Assembly (NCBI GenBank): GCA_040389405.1
Contig: JAZJZY010000002.1
Span: 740,575-804,574, forward strand
Origin: Pseudomonadota bacterium
Lineage (GTDB): Bacteria > Pseudomonadota > Alphaproteobacteria > Micropepsales > Micropepsaceae
DNA length: 64,000 bases
Direction: 5' to 3'
Of the stretch, positions 1-9,428 are shown one piece after another. The first letter of the stretch is position 1; every line of letters begins with the position of its first letter. The position numbers were made by a program, and so were the translations under genes. The notes under the pieces are model-generated. The model had not been told where the DNA came from. It saw nothing but the letters and a program-made list of their open reading frames with translations, and did not search any database.

Positions 1-2
1 CC

Positions 3-89
3 AATCGCGCGGGCGATGCGGTGGTCAAAGAACTGGCGGCGTTAGTTGCCCACAAGCTGGCCGAGACCCGATCAGCCATTGCGGGCTGA
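3..89 (+). CDS. 3' end of an unidentified CDS entering from upstream of the window
   Basis: Frame open from window edge to TGA at 87-89 (...AVVKELAALVAHKLAETRSAIAG*); GC-rich third positions; too short to assign. Confidence 0.25.
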   Translation, partial: NRAGDAVVKELAALVAHKLAETRSAIAG

Positions 90-246
90 GCCGACAGATT
101 TGGCGATTGAGGAAGCGTTAACACTTCCGGCCCGCGAAACACGCCGCAATTCACCCCTCCTTAAGTCCTGCCGTTAATAATAAGGCTGCAGCGCATTTCA
201 TCACGAAATGCCGTCTCGAATTCGTTTGCGGGCAGGTTTTCTTTTT

Positions 247-1119
247 ATGCTTCAGCTAGGCGGCGTTGTCGTTCTTTTTGCCTGCGTGTTCGGCGGCTAT
301 CTGATGACCGGCGGCTCGCTGGAAGTCGTGATCGAGGCTGCGCCGCATGAAATGCTGACCATCTTCGGCGCCGCCATCGCCGCCATGCTGATCGCCGGCT
401 CGATGTTCAATCTCAAGAAGATCGGCGGCAGCCTGGGCAAGATCGTCAAGGGCCCGCACTGGAAGCCGGGCGATTATCGCGATCTTCTCTGCCTGCTCTT
501 TCTTCTGACCAAGACCATGAAAACCAAGGGCCTGATCGCCCTGGAAGCGCATATCGAAAAGCCGGAAGAATCGTCGATCTTCAAGCGCTATCCCAAGATC
601 ATGAAGGATCACTTCGCGCTCGCCTTCATCTGCGACACGCTCAGGATGATGACCATGAGCCTGGAAGACCCGAACCAGGTCGAGACCGCGATGGAAAAAC
701 AGCTGGAAAAACACCATCACGAGGCCCTGATCGGCGCCAATGCCTTGCAGGCGATGGCCGATGGTCTGCCCGCGCTGGGCATCGTCGCCGCCGTGCTCGG
801 CGTCATCAAGACCATGGGCGCCATCACCGAGCCGCCCGCGGTGCTGGGCGGCATGATCGGCTCGGCCTTGGTCGGCACGTTCCTGGGCGTCTTTCTTGCC
901 TATGGCATTGTGGGCCCGATGGGCGCCAGGTTGAAAGCGATCGCGGACGAGGACACCCTTTTCTATCACGTGATCCGCGACATCCTGGTCGCGCATCTGC
1001 ACGGCAATGCGGCGCAAGTGTCGGTGGAGATCGGGCGCGGCAGCGTGCCGGGCGAGTATCAGCCCAGTTTCCAGGAACTAGAAGCGTCGCTTAATTCCAT
1101 TCCGCCTGAAGGCGCTTAA
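247..1119 (+). CDS. motA: flagellar stator protein MotA
   Basis: MLQLGGVVVLFACVFGGYLMTGGSL... matches the N-terminus of MotA (MotA/TolQ/ExbB family). Multiple TM segments. ATG 247 preferred over the ORF-track ATG 208 by alignment to enterobacterial MotA. No motB adjacent. Confidence 0.9.
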   Translation: MLQLGGVVVLFACVFGGYLMTGGSLEVVIEAAPHEMLTIFGAAIAAMLIAGSMFNLKKIGGSLGKIVKGPHWKPGDYRDLLCLLFLLTKTMKTKGLIALEAHIEKPEESSIFKRYPKIMKDHFALAFICDTLRMMTMSLEDPNQVETAMEKQLEKHHHEALIGANALQAMADGLPALGIVAAVLGVIKTMGAITEPPAVLGGMIGSALVGTFLGVFLAYGIVGPMGARLKAIADEDTLFYHVIRDILVAHLHGNAAQVSVEIGRGSVPGEYQPSFQELEASLNSIPPEGA

Positions 1120-1284
1120 CTTCACGCGCTCCCGACCATCGGAAAGTGCGACGAAGAACACCGCCAGAGCACCGGACATGATGCCCAGCGGCATCGCGTA
1201 GGTGATGTCCATATCCGATCCAAATACGACAATACTGCAGACGATGACGCCCGTCAGTTGCGCGAGGCTTTTCGGCATTCCCAT
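1078..1284 (-). CDS. possible small two-TM membrane protein (hypothetical)
   Basis: MGMPKSLAQLTGVIVCSIVVFGS...AMPLGIMSGALAVFFVAL has two hydrophobic helices. AGGTGG Shine-Dalgarno 3-4 nt before ATG 1284. The 3' end overlaps the motA 3' end convergently by 42 nt. Confidence 0.3.
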   Translation of the reverse strand: MGMPKSLAQLTGVIVCSIVVFGSDMDITYAMPLGIMSGALAVFFVALSDGRERVKLSAFRRNGIKRRF

Positions 1285-1367
1285 GACCCACCTGTTTTGT
1301 CCCAATTCAGGACACAGAGAAGGGAGCTTGGGAAGTCCGCTTTGTTCCAATAGTTAACGGCGTCGGG

Positions 1368-2600
1368 CTAGCCAGCCTTGCGGGCTGTCAGCACCGGAAA
1401 GCCGCCTTTTTCCAGCCCGGTGCGGATTTCGGCGGCATGTTCGGCGTCGCGCGCCTCGATCACCATGCCCAGAGTGGCCGATTTGGCCGATAGGCCGCTC
1501 ATCATGCGATTGTGGGAGACTTCCAGAATATTGCCCCCGGCCTCGCCCACCAGCGCCGCCACCCGCGACAGCGCGCCGGGCTGATCGGCAATCGCCACAT
1601 CCAGGGTGAGGATGCGGCCTTCGCGCGACAGTTCGCGCAAAATCACATTCGACAGCATCCGCATATCGATATTGCCGCCCGATATCACGATGCCGACCTT
1701 GCGACCCTTGAACAGCTCGGGATTTTTCAGCACGGCGGCAAAACCCGCCGCCGCCGCACCTTCGATCACGGTCTTCTCGATTTCCAGGATCATGGCCAGT
1801 GCATGTTCCATCGCCGATTCGCTCACCAGCAGGATGTCCGTCACCAGCGCCTTGACGATGGTGGTGGTGAGCGCACCCGGATGCTTGACCGCGATGCCTT
1901 CGGCAATGGTTTGTGCCGGCGCCTCCTCGATCAGGGCTTCGCCCCGCATCGCCTGGCGCATCACCGGATAAAGCTCGGCCTGGGCGCCATAGATAACGAT
2001 GTCGGGCTTCAAGGCTTTGGCCGCCACAGCGATGCCCGAGATCAAGCCGCCGCCGCCCACCGGCACCACAAGGGTATCCAGCTCGGGCGCATCCTCCAGC
2101 ATCTCCAGGCCCAAGGTGCCTTGGCCCGCGATCACTTTCACATCGTCATAGGGATGAATGAAAGTGAGCCCGTCGCGATCGGCGATGATGCGCGCCGCGA
2201 CATTGGCCTGTTTGAGGTCATTGCCTTCCAGTATCACGGTGGCGCCGAAATCGCGCGTATGCTTGACCTTGGTGAAAGGAGCGGTCACCGGCATCACGAT
2301 GGTGGTGGGAACGCCCAGCCGTCCGGCATGATAAGCGACGCCCTGCGCATGGTTGCCCGCACTCATCGCGGCAACACCACGCTTGCGTTCTTCCGGCGTC
2401 AGCGCCATCAGGCGATTGAACGCGCCGCGCTCCTTGAAGGAGGCGGTGAATTGCCGGTTCTCGAACTTCAGATAGATGTCGCAGCCCGCGATCAGGGACA
2501 GGGTTTGCGAATGGCGCATCGGCGTGCGCACCACCTGACCCTCAATGGTCCGGGCCGCGGCGCGAATATCGTCCAGTGTTACGGGAAGCGCTTCTGTCAT
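1368..2600 (-). CDS. ilvA: threonine ammonia-lyase (threonine dehydratase) with C-terminal ACT-like domain
   Basis: PLP-fold motifs FKERGAFN, SAGNHAQG, VPVGGGGLISG, plus a C-terminal regulatory domain. ATG 2600 (MTEALPV) preferred over 2633. Confidence 0.88.
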   Translation of the reverse strand: MTEALPVTLDDIRAAARTIEGQVVRTPMRHSQTLSLIAGCDIYLKFENRQFTASFKERGAFNRLMALTPEERKRGVAAMSAGNHAQGVAYHAGRLGVPTTIVMPVTAPFTKVKHTRDFGATVILEGNDLKQANVAARIIADRDGLTFIHPYDDVKVIAGQGTLGLEMLEDAPELDTLVVPVGGGGLISGIAVAAKALKPDIVIYGAQAELYPVMRQAMRGEALIEEAPAQTIAEGIAVKHPGALTTTIVKALVTDILLVSESAMEHALAMILEIEKTVIEGAAAAGFAAVLKNPELFKGRKVGIVISGGNIDMRMLSNVILRELSREGRILTLDVAIADQPGALSRVAALVGEAGGNILEVSHNRMMSGLSAKSATLGMVIEARDAEHAAEIRTGLEKGGFPVLTARKAG

Positions 2601-3002
2601 GATCGCAAATCCACCGGAAATTCGGAACGGCACGTCAGAGACCTATCATGCGCGGGAGGCGTTGCTAAGCGCCGCCCGCGCGATCCAGGGTTGCGCCGCT
2701 AAGGGCCTGATTGGGATTGGTGTTGCCGGGCAGTTTTGAAACCCCCGGCCAGGGGTCAGTTACCAGACGCCTTCCGCTTTCGCGGCATCTTTTCGTAACG
2801 CCACCAAGGTGACGCCCAGCATTTTTCGCCGGGCGCTCTAGTTCATTTTTCGAGCCCGCAAGATTGCGACCGTGAAGAATCCCGGCAACGGAGCGGAGCT
2901 CGCCACTTACGTTGTTGAGAAAGGAAAGCCCTTGGTCGAGGTTGCGAAGTAAGGCGCGACCGCTGTCGATCGACGGGCCGCTGTGTGTGGCGGAGATGGG
3001 AT

Positions 3003-3077
3003 TGGTAGCACCGGACGGATTTGAACCGCCGACCAAGGGATTATGATTCCCCTGCTCTACCGCTGAGCTACGGTGCC
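3003..3077 (-). tRNA. tRNA with CAU anticodon (Met or lysidine-modified Ile2)
   Basis: Reverse complement folds as GGCACCG-TA-GCTC-AGCGGTA-GAGC-A-GGGGA-ATCATAA-TCCCT-TGGTC-GGCGG-TTCAAAT-CCGTC-CGGTGCT-A-CCA, a clean cloverleaf with encoded CCA. Anticodon and variable arm resemble E. coli ileX more than metT. Confidence 0.9.
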
Positions 3078-3164
3078 ACGCGGCCAAGATGGTCGCTGAG
3101 GCGGGGGATGTAGGGGGGCCTGCCCTTTCCTGTCAAGATTGGGCGGAAAATGGGGAAAAAGCCG

Positions 3165-4295
3165 CTATTCCGCGGCAGTCCGGACGGCTTCGGCCTGCTT
3201 TATCCAGCCGCCGCCCAATACGCGGCCGTGCCCTACGCTGTCGCTGGCACCATAAAAGACGCAGGCCTGACCGGGTGCAACGGCGTCTTCCGCCGATGCC
3301 AGTTCCACCCGCGCCGTGTTTCCCGGCAAGGGCGTCACATGGGCCGCCACCGGCGGGCGCATGGAACGGACTTTCACGGCGCAATCGAAGGGTGCACCCG
3401 CGTCCACCAGCCAGTTCACATTGTGCAGTTCGATGACGCGCGAGGCGAGCGCCGAACGCGGACCCACGACGACGCGCGCATGCACGGCATCCAGCTTCAG
3501 GACAAAGAGCGGCTCTTCATTGCCCGACAGACCGAGGCCTTTGCGCTGGCCGACGGTGAAATTGAAGATGCCGTCATGGCGGCCAATAACGGCGCCCGCT
3601 TGGTCCACGATCTCGCCCGGCCGTGCCGCATCAGGCCGCAGCTTCTCGACGATATTGGTGTAGCGGCCTTCCGGCACGAAACAGATATCCTGGCTGTCCG
3701 GCTTGGCGGCAGTGACCAGATCCAGTTCCGCGGCCAGCGCCCGCACCGCGCTCTTTTCCATGTCGCCCAGGGGAAAGCGCAGATAATCCAGCTGCGTTTG
3801 CGTCGTGGCGAAGAGGAAATAGCTCTGGTCGCGCGTCACATCCTGGGCGGCATGCAGTTCGGCGCCGTTCACGCCTTCGACGCGGCGGACATAATGGCCG
3901 GTCGCCAGGGCCTCGGCGCCCAACTCGCGCGCCGTATCCATCAGGTCCGCGAATTTCACTTTCTCGTTGCAGCGGACGCAAGGGATCGGCGTTTCGCCCC
4001 GCGCATAGGCGTTCGCAAAATCCTCGATCACATGCTTGCGGAAGCGGCTTTCATAATCGAGCACATAGTGCGGAATGCCGATCGCCTCGGCCACGCGCTT
4101 GGCGTCATAGATATCCTGCCCCGCGCAGCAGGCGCCTTTCTTCTTCTGCACCGTGTCGGGATAAAGCTGCAGCGTGATGCCCACCACGTCGTATCCTTGG
4201 CGCTTGAGCAGCGCCGCGGTGACGGAAGAATCCACGCCGCCCGACATGGCAGCGACGATCCGGCCTTTGGTGGGAGCAGCGGTCATCGGCGGCAT
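3165..4295 (-). CDS. mnmA: tRNA 2-thiouridine(34) synthase MnmA
   Basis: PP-loop [10 protein letters not shown], conserved Cys motifs (CCAGQD, CVRCN), full-length MnmA/TrmU-like. Confidence 0.92.
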   Translation of the reverse strand: MPPMTAAPTKGRIVAAMSGGVDSSVTAALLKRQGYDVVGITLQLYPDTVQKKKGACCAGQDIYDAKRVAEAIGIPHYVLDYESRFRKHVIEDFANAYARGETPIPCVRCNEKVKFADLMDTARELGAEALATGHYVRRVEGVNGAELHAAQDVTRDQSYFLFATTQTQLDYLRFPLGDMEKSAVRALAAELDLVTAAKPDSQDICFVPEGRYTNIVEKLRPDAARPGEIVDQAGAVIGRHDGIFNFTVGQRKGLGLSGNEEPLFVLKLDAVHARVVVGPRSALASRVIELHNVNWLVDAGAPFDCAVKVRSMRPPVAAHVTPLPGNTARVELASAEDAVAPGQACVFYGASDSVGHGRVLGGGWIKQAEAVRTAAE

Positions 4296-4334
4296 ATAGG
4301 GCCGCCGGCTCAGAACCGCAACAAAAAGCCGGGA

Positions 4335-5288
4335 TCAGTTGCCCGGCGTCGGCAGATAATTCAACAACGTCAACTGGTTGAGGCCCGAGGTGACCTGCAG
4401 CACCGCCTGCAGCGCGGTCTGGTTCAAGGACAGCTGGGTCGCCGCCTCGGCCATGTTGGTCTTCTGGATATTGTTGATGAAGCCTGTATAGAGCGTCGCC
4501 ATCGAATCCTGCTGGGTGCTGGCACTCTCCAGCTGGTTAAAGGCATAGCCGTTCTGCGCGGCGGTAGTGTTCAAATTGACCGCGACCGTGCCGACCGAGG
4601 TGATCTGGCCGGTGAGAAAATCATTCTGTGCCTGACTGAGGCTGACGCTTCCATCCAGATTGCCGCTGGCGCCGGCATCGAAGCTGGCAATGTCCTTCAG
4701 CGCCTGCATCAAGCCGGTGCCGACATCCGAAGCGGTGATGCCGAAGGTGACGGTCTGGCCGTCCGCCACCTGCACTGATTTCTTGTCGGTGCCATTATTG
4801 AAGGCGCCCGAGATCGATGGCAACGCCACAAGAGACGACAGGGATGACACCGTTACTGGGGCAACATCCGTCTTGCCGCCGCTGTAAAGATAATCGCCAT
4901 TGGCATCCTTGGAATTGAGGATCGCGGTCGCCTGGTCGAAAATATTCTGCACCTGGCCCATCAAGGTGGTGGGATCGTTGTTTGCCACCGCGTCGGACAC
5001 CGCTTTCTTCAGTTGCGTCACCAGCGTGTTGAGACTGGTGAGATGGGTGTCCTGCATGTCGGCCTGGGTGGTGGCCAGATCGGTGGCTGCCTTGTAGGCA
5101 TCGTTGCGAGCATTGGCGGAAATCGACGCCGTCAGCACCTGGGCCTGATTGCCGAAGCCGGAATAGGTGGAGGAAACCACCTGGGAGGCGATCTGTTCGT
5201 TGGTCTTGTTCAGCGCCGCGCTGGTCTTGTTGATCTGGCTGAGGAAATACGCGCTCTGCTGGGCGGTGGGAATACGGTCAACGCTCAT
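4335..5288 (-). CDS. flgL: flagellar hook-associated protein 3 FlgL
   Basis: Flagellin-like N- and C-terminal heptad regions (…LSLNQTALQAVLQVTSGLNQLTLLNYL); immediately downstream of flgK. Confidence 0.85.
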   Translation of the reverse strand: MSVDRIPTAQQSAYFLSQINKTSAALNKTNEQIASQVVSSTYSGFGNQAQVLTASISANARNDAYKAATDLATTQADMQDTHLTSLNTLVTQLKKAVSDAVANNDPTTLMGQVQNIFDQATAILNSKDANGDYLYSGGKTDVAPVTVSSLSSLVALPSISGAFNNGTDKKSVQVADGQTVTFGITASDVGTGLMQALKDIASFDAGASGNLDGSVSLSQAQNDFLTGQITSVGTVAVNLNTTAAQNGYAFNQLESASTQQDSMATLYTGFINNIQKTNMAEAATQLSLNQTALQAVLQVTSGLNQLTLLNYLPTPGN

Positions 5289-5298
5289 GAGTCATGTC

Positions 5299-7437
5299 CT
5301 ACTGGATCTGCATCAAGGTCTGATAGAGCTGGTCCACCACGGTGAGCATGCGCGCACCCGCGGCATAGGCCTGCTGATAGGTGGTGAGATTGGTCAATTC
5401 CTCATCCAGGCTGACACCGGAGTTGGACGCCATGCGCGACTGGGCTTCCTGCAAACGGTCGTCTTGCGTGGTCTGGTTCTGGGTCACCGCGTTCGAGAGC
5501 GTGGAGACCTGCTGATAGAAGGACGCCGCATAGTCGGACAAGGATTCGCGCTGGGCCGAGATGCCGCCCGCGCCGGGAAAATTGCGGTCGGCATTCATCA
5601 CATTCTGGAATGCGATGGCGCCGGAATTGTCACCGCCGGAAATGATGGAGTCGCCGGCCACGGTGGCAGCCGTGATTTTTGGCATACCGAGACCGATGCG
5701 CTGCGGCGCCTTGGCGACCTGTGTAGTGACCGAGAAATTGACGGCCTGATTGGCGAGATTGTTGCTGCCGATGCCGAACAGTTTGGTGAAACTGACACCG
5801 GTGGCGCCGCGCTGGGTGCTGTCGCCGGTGACATTGAGATCATAGTCGGAATAGAGCGCCGACTTGGCGGTCGAGATCGAGCCGTCGCTGTTCAAGGTGA
5901 AGGTCGCCGCGCCGCCCATCGCGCTGTTCAGCGCCGTCAACACATTACCGATGGTCTGGCCGGCTATGGTGGTGATGCTGACCTGCTTGACGATATCGCC
6001 GCTGGGCCCCTTCAGCGACAGCGCAATGACGCCGCCTGCCGCCAGGCCGCTGGCATCGGAAGCCGAAAGCCCCGTGGCGAGGGTCGAAGGCGCCTGGGCG
6101 GTGAAAACGTCGTTGAGGCCGAAAAATTGCGAGAAGCCGGTGCCACCCCGCGCGCTAGGCGTGGCGGCATCGTCCTGCACCACAATGCCGTTGCTGCCAT
6201 TGGCGGTCACGGAAAGTTGGCCGTTCACAAAGCCGGCGCTTCCGTTGCTCCCCAACGCAGTATTAAGCGCGGTTGCAAAGCTGCCGATGGTCGAGCCGAT
6301 CGAGACCGAACCGCCGCCATCGACCGACAAGGTGCCGGCTCCGAAATTCACATCGACCCGCGAGACCAGCTTGCCGGTGGAATCCGTAACCGCGATGGTG
6401 GTCTTGCCGGTGAAATTGAGCGCATCGCCCGCCAGCAATCCGGTATCGCGGCCGGTCAATGTGGTCGGCGGCGGATAAGCGGCATTGGCATTGGCCTGGG
6501 CGTTGAAGGCCTGGGATACATTCTGCGCGAAATTGCCCAGACCTTCGGCAAGGCCACCCAAGGTCTGATCGCGCATGTCGATCATGCCCTTGAGCGAGCC
6601 GCCCGACAGATGCGGATCCAATGAGATCGATTGGCCTATGATCTGCCCGGTCTGCGGATTGGTGTCTTGGATCTGGATGTTGCCATAGGTGCCGTTCTGC
6701 ACGCCGCCGGCATAGCTCAGCACCGCATAGGTGTTGCTGACCAGATTGATGCCGTCGGTGGTGGTGACATTGAAGCCGCCATCGCTTTGCTGGGTGACGC
6801 GAATGCCCATCGTCTGGCTGAGCGCGTTCAACGCATTGTCGCGCTGGTCCAGCAGGGCCGAGTTGGTATTGCCGGTGGCGGTCTGGGTCTTGATCTGCTG
6901 GTTGAGGGTATAGACCTGCTTGATCAGGTCGTTGGTGGAGGAGATCGAATTCACCACCTGATGGTCGACCTGGCTCTGCAGCGAGGAAATGGTGCCAGAC
7001 ACATTGTTGATGTCGTTGGCCAGGCCTTGCAGGGAATTGAGCACGGCGGTGGAACTGGAAGACGAGGAAGGCGCCTGCGACGCCACGCCAAAGGCGGCGG
7101 CGAGATTGGTGAGACCGGTCGCCAGGGACTGGTTGTCGCCCGGGCCGCCCAAAAGACCGTTGAGCTGGGTGAAGAAACTGGCGGCGGTATCGAATTGCGA
7201 AGCCGAACCGCTGGCTGAAAGATTTTCCTGCTGCAGGAAGGAATCGACCACACGCCGCACGTCGGCCATGTCGACGCCCATCAGCTGGCCGCCGGCCGCC
7301 AATGTCTGCTGGTTGACGACCCGGCGGGCATAGCCCGGCGTGTTGACGTTGGCGATGTTGTTCGAGACCACGCTCAATGCAGAGCTGCTGGTCTTGAGCG
7401 CACTTAAGGCGGTTGCTGCAATTCCGTTCAGACTCAC
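5299..7437 (-). CDS. flgK: flagellar hook-associated protein 1 FlgK
   Basis: N-terminal SSALSVVSNNIANVNTPGYARR and C-terminal DEELTNLTTYQQAYAAGARMLTVVDQLYQTLMQI. GTG 7437 chosen as start because ORF-track ATG 7489-7491 lies inside the -24 element of a perfect sigma54 promoter. Confidence 0.9.
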   Translation of the reverse strand: MSLNGIAATALSALKTSSSALSVVSNNIANVNTPGYARRVVNQQTLAAGGQLMGVDMADVRRVVDSFLQQENLSASGSASQFDTAASFFTQLNGLLGGPGDNQSLATGLTNLAAAFGVASQAPSSSSSSTAVLNSLQGLANDINNVSGTISSLQSQVDHQVVNSISSTNDLIKQVYTLNQQIKTQTATGNTNSALLDQRDNALNALSQTMGIRVTQQSDGGFNVTTTDGINLVSNTYAVLSYAGGVQNGTYGNIQIQDTNPQTGQIIGQSISLDPHLSGGSLKGMIDMRDQTLGGLAEGLGNFAQNVSQAFNAQANANAAYPPPTTLTGRDTGLLAGDALNFTGKTTIAVTDSTGKLVSRVDVNFGAGTLSVDGGGSVSIGSTIGSFATALNTALGSNGSAGFVNGQLSVTANGSNGIVVQDDAATPSARGGTGFSQFFGLNDVFTAQAPSTLATGLSASDASGLAAGGVIALSLKGPSGDIVKQVSITTIAGQTIGNVLTALNSAMGGAATFTLNSDGSISTAKSALYSDYDLNVTGDSTQRGATGVSFTKLFGIGSNNLANQAVNFSVTTQVAKAPQRIGLGMPKITAATVAGDSIISGGDNSGAIAFQNVMNADRNFPGAGGISAQRESLSDYAASFYQQVSTLSNAVTQNQTTQDDRLQEAQSRMASNSGVSLDEELTNLTTYQQAYAAGARMLTVVDQLYQTLMQIQ

Positions 7438-7475
7438 GCCGAATTCCAAATGCTTTGTTGCCGGAGAACGATGTC

Positions 7476-7490
7476 GCAAGCCTTGTGCCA
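7476..7490 (-). promoter_or_regulatory. sigma54 (-24/-12) promoter of flgK-flgL
   Basis: Minus strand reads TGGCAC-AAGGC-TTGC, an exact match to TGGCAC-N5-TTGC, 39 nt upstream of GTG 7437. Confidence 0.8.
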
Positions 7491-7654
7491 TCCCGGCGCA
7501 TCGAATTTACCCGGGAAATCAAGGTTTTCACGCACACCGCAACACCATGCAGGGCGGCAGAGTTTGCCGGTCTGGGCATGAACTGCCTTGCCCTTTGTGT
7601 TGCGCCAGACCCGCCGGCACCCGGAAAAACCCAGAGAATCAGCGGCAAAAACTC

Positions 7655-7669
7655 TGGTCCGGCCCTTGC
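7655..7669 (+). promoter_or_regulatory. sigma54-like (-24/-12) promoter of fliK-flgD-flgE
   Basis: TGGTCC-GGCCC-TTGC keeps the invariant GG-N10-GC spacing; 58 nt upstream of the fliK ORF start. Confidence 0.55.
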
Positions 7670-7727
7670 TTTGTCTTCGGCGGAGGCCGTCGCATGTGCA
7701 CGGCCGATGAACATTCGGGTTTGAATT

Positions 7728-9416
7728 TTGCCGGCGCTTTCCACCAACTTGATTGCGGCTTCCGACAGCGCCAGCAAAGCGTCTGCCAAAAATTTCGCGC
7801 ACGCGCCGAACAAACCCGCCGACGGTTCGCCCTTCGCGATGCTGCTGACAGCGACTGCGCAACAATCTTCACGGAAGCAGGTTTCTGCATCAGATAAGAG
7901 CGACGCCACGTCCGCCAAACCGCCTGCCCAGGCCGATGAGACGCAGGCCAGCACCGCGCCGACGAATACTGCACGGGCCAATACCGCGCAGGCCACGCCG
8001 TCTCGGACGCGCAGCGATGACAGGCGCGACAAGAAGGACGACAAAGACAAGGCCGATCAGGACGACGATCTCGACGAAGATGCGCCGCAGGCGCAGGTGC
8101 CCGCAATATCCATTCCGGTGGCCGCTCCGGTTGCCGTTCCACCGGGCATGCCGGCCAATCCGCAGACGTTCGACGCCATTCTGGCCGCCGCCACGCCCAA
8201 CAGCGACACCGGTCAGGCCGTACCGGCCGCAGACAACGATTCCAAAGTTGACACCACAGCGCCGCAGACCGCAGCGCAGCCGGTCGATGTCAATGCACCG
8301 GCGGTTCAGACTCCCGCGCCCCTGCAGGCTCTCGGCGATGACGGCGGCGATGCACCGGACGCGCCGCCGCCGGTGATCGCTGCCGCCAATCCGCCCGCCC
8401 GGAACCGCACGGACGACAACAAGCCTGCGGCCGATAAGGCGGTCAAAGCAGCCGCTGACCAGCCAGAGACCGTCCTGAATACCCAACCGGCGCCTCCAGC
8501 GAACGATCCCAGTGCAGTCGCGCAGGTGGCCATGGCTGCGCCACCGGCCATGAATATATCTGGCCCGGCAGCCGCTAACACGGCGAGCAACACCATAGCC
8601 GCGACGCAAGTCGCAGACACCGCGGCGCCCGCGACGGACAAATCTCGTGCCGCAGACGCGCGCCCGACAGACAAACCGTCTCGGCCCACGGCCGGCACGC
8701 CCGCCACCGTTCCTGGGCCGGCATCGCTCCCCGCTACGGCTTCTCCCGTGGCGGTCGCCCACACTGAAATGGCGAAGGACAACGGCTCTCCAAAATCGAA
8801 CAGCGACGCCAAACCCATCCATGTCGGGGATACCCAGCCCGATGTACCGGCGCCTGCTCCCCAAGCCGCGCCGCCAGCGGCGATGCCCCCGCACATGGCC
8901 GTGAATGCTTTCGGCATCGCGGCGCCTGCTGCCGCCGCGGGCAACAGCATGGTGACCTCATCGGTGCAGGTAACCGAGGCCGATGCCGATCCCACGCCCG
9001 ATATGGACGCATTGGCGGTCAGCGTCGCCGCGCGCGCGATGAGCGGCGCCAAGCAATTTCAAATCCGCCTCGATCCGCCCGAGCTGGGGCGCGTCGATGT
9101 TCGGCTGTCGATCGATGCCAGCGGCAAGACGCAAGCGCACATGACCGCCGACCAGCCCCAGACGCTTGATCTACTGCAGAAAGATGCGACCACGCTCACC
9201 CAAGCGCTGCGCGATGCGGGCCTGGATGTTTCGCAGAGCGGCCTCAATTTCTCGCTGCGCGGTCAGGACCGGCAGAATGACGATAGCAACAATGGCGGCG
9301 CCCAAGGCCGGCGCACCAATCTCATCGCCACGCGCGCGATTCAGGCGGCCCAGAGCCCGAACGCAATCTCCTTCAACGGCGCAGCCGCAGACGCGCGCGT
9401 CGATATTCATGTCTAA
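7728..9416 (+). CDS. fliK: flagellar hook-length control protein FliK
   Basis: Pro/Ala-rich central region and C-terminal Flg_hook domain (QFQIRLDPPELGRVDVRLSIDASGKTQAHMTADQPQTLDLLQKD). Start uncertain: TTG 7728, with an in-frame TGA at 7722. Confidence 0.85.
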   Translation: MPALSTNLIAASDSASKASAKNFAHAPNKPADGSPFAMLLTATAQQSSRKQVSASDKSDATSAKPPAQADETQASTAPTNTARANTAQATPSRTRSDDRRDKKDDKDKADQDDDLDEDAPQAQVPAISIPVAAPVAVPPGMPANPQTFDAILAAATPNSDTGQAVPAADNDSKVDTTAPQTAAQPVDVNAPAVQTPAPLQALGDDGGDAPDAPPPVIAAANPPARNRTDDNKPAADKAVKAAADQPETVLNTQPAPPANDPSAVAQVAMAAPPAMNISGPAAANTASNTIAATQVADTAAPATDKSRAADARPTDKPSRPTAGTPATVPGPASLPATASPVAVAHTEMAKDNGSPKSNSDAKPIHVGDTQPDVPAPAPQAAPPAAMPPHMAVNAFGIAAPAAAAGNSMVTSSVQVTEADADPTPDMDALAVSVAARAMSGAKQFQIRLDPPELGRVDVRLSIDASGKTQAHMTADQPQTLDLLQKDATTLTQALRDAGLDVSQSGLNFSLRGQDRQNDDSNNGGAQGRRTNLIATRAIQAAQSPNAISFNGAAADARVDIHV

Positions 9417-9428
9417 AGGACAGATGCC

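Noticed and set aside
2724-2822. 20-codon mini-ORF MLGVTLVALRKDAAKAEGVW followed by a hairpin upstream of ilvA, considered as an Ile/Val/Leu leader-peptide attenuator.
   Set aside because: The regulatory codons are few and not clustered. The hairpin is only 6 bp with a 13-nt loop and no U-tract. No alternative antiterminator pairing is evident.
2665-3087. 140-aa ORF covering the tRNA(CAU) gene and the 370-nt spacer next to ilvA.
   Set aside because: It overlaps a well-folding tRNA and has no recognisable family and no RBS. The spacer (2634-3002) remains unexplained, but I found no integrase remnant, repeat or convincing structure in it.
7707-7724. ATG 7707 as the fliK start.
   Set aside because: An in-frame TGA at 7722-7724 closes the frame, so fliK must start at TTG 7728 or further downstream.
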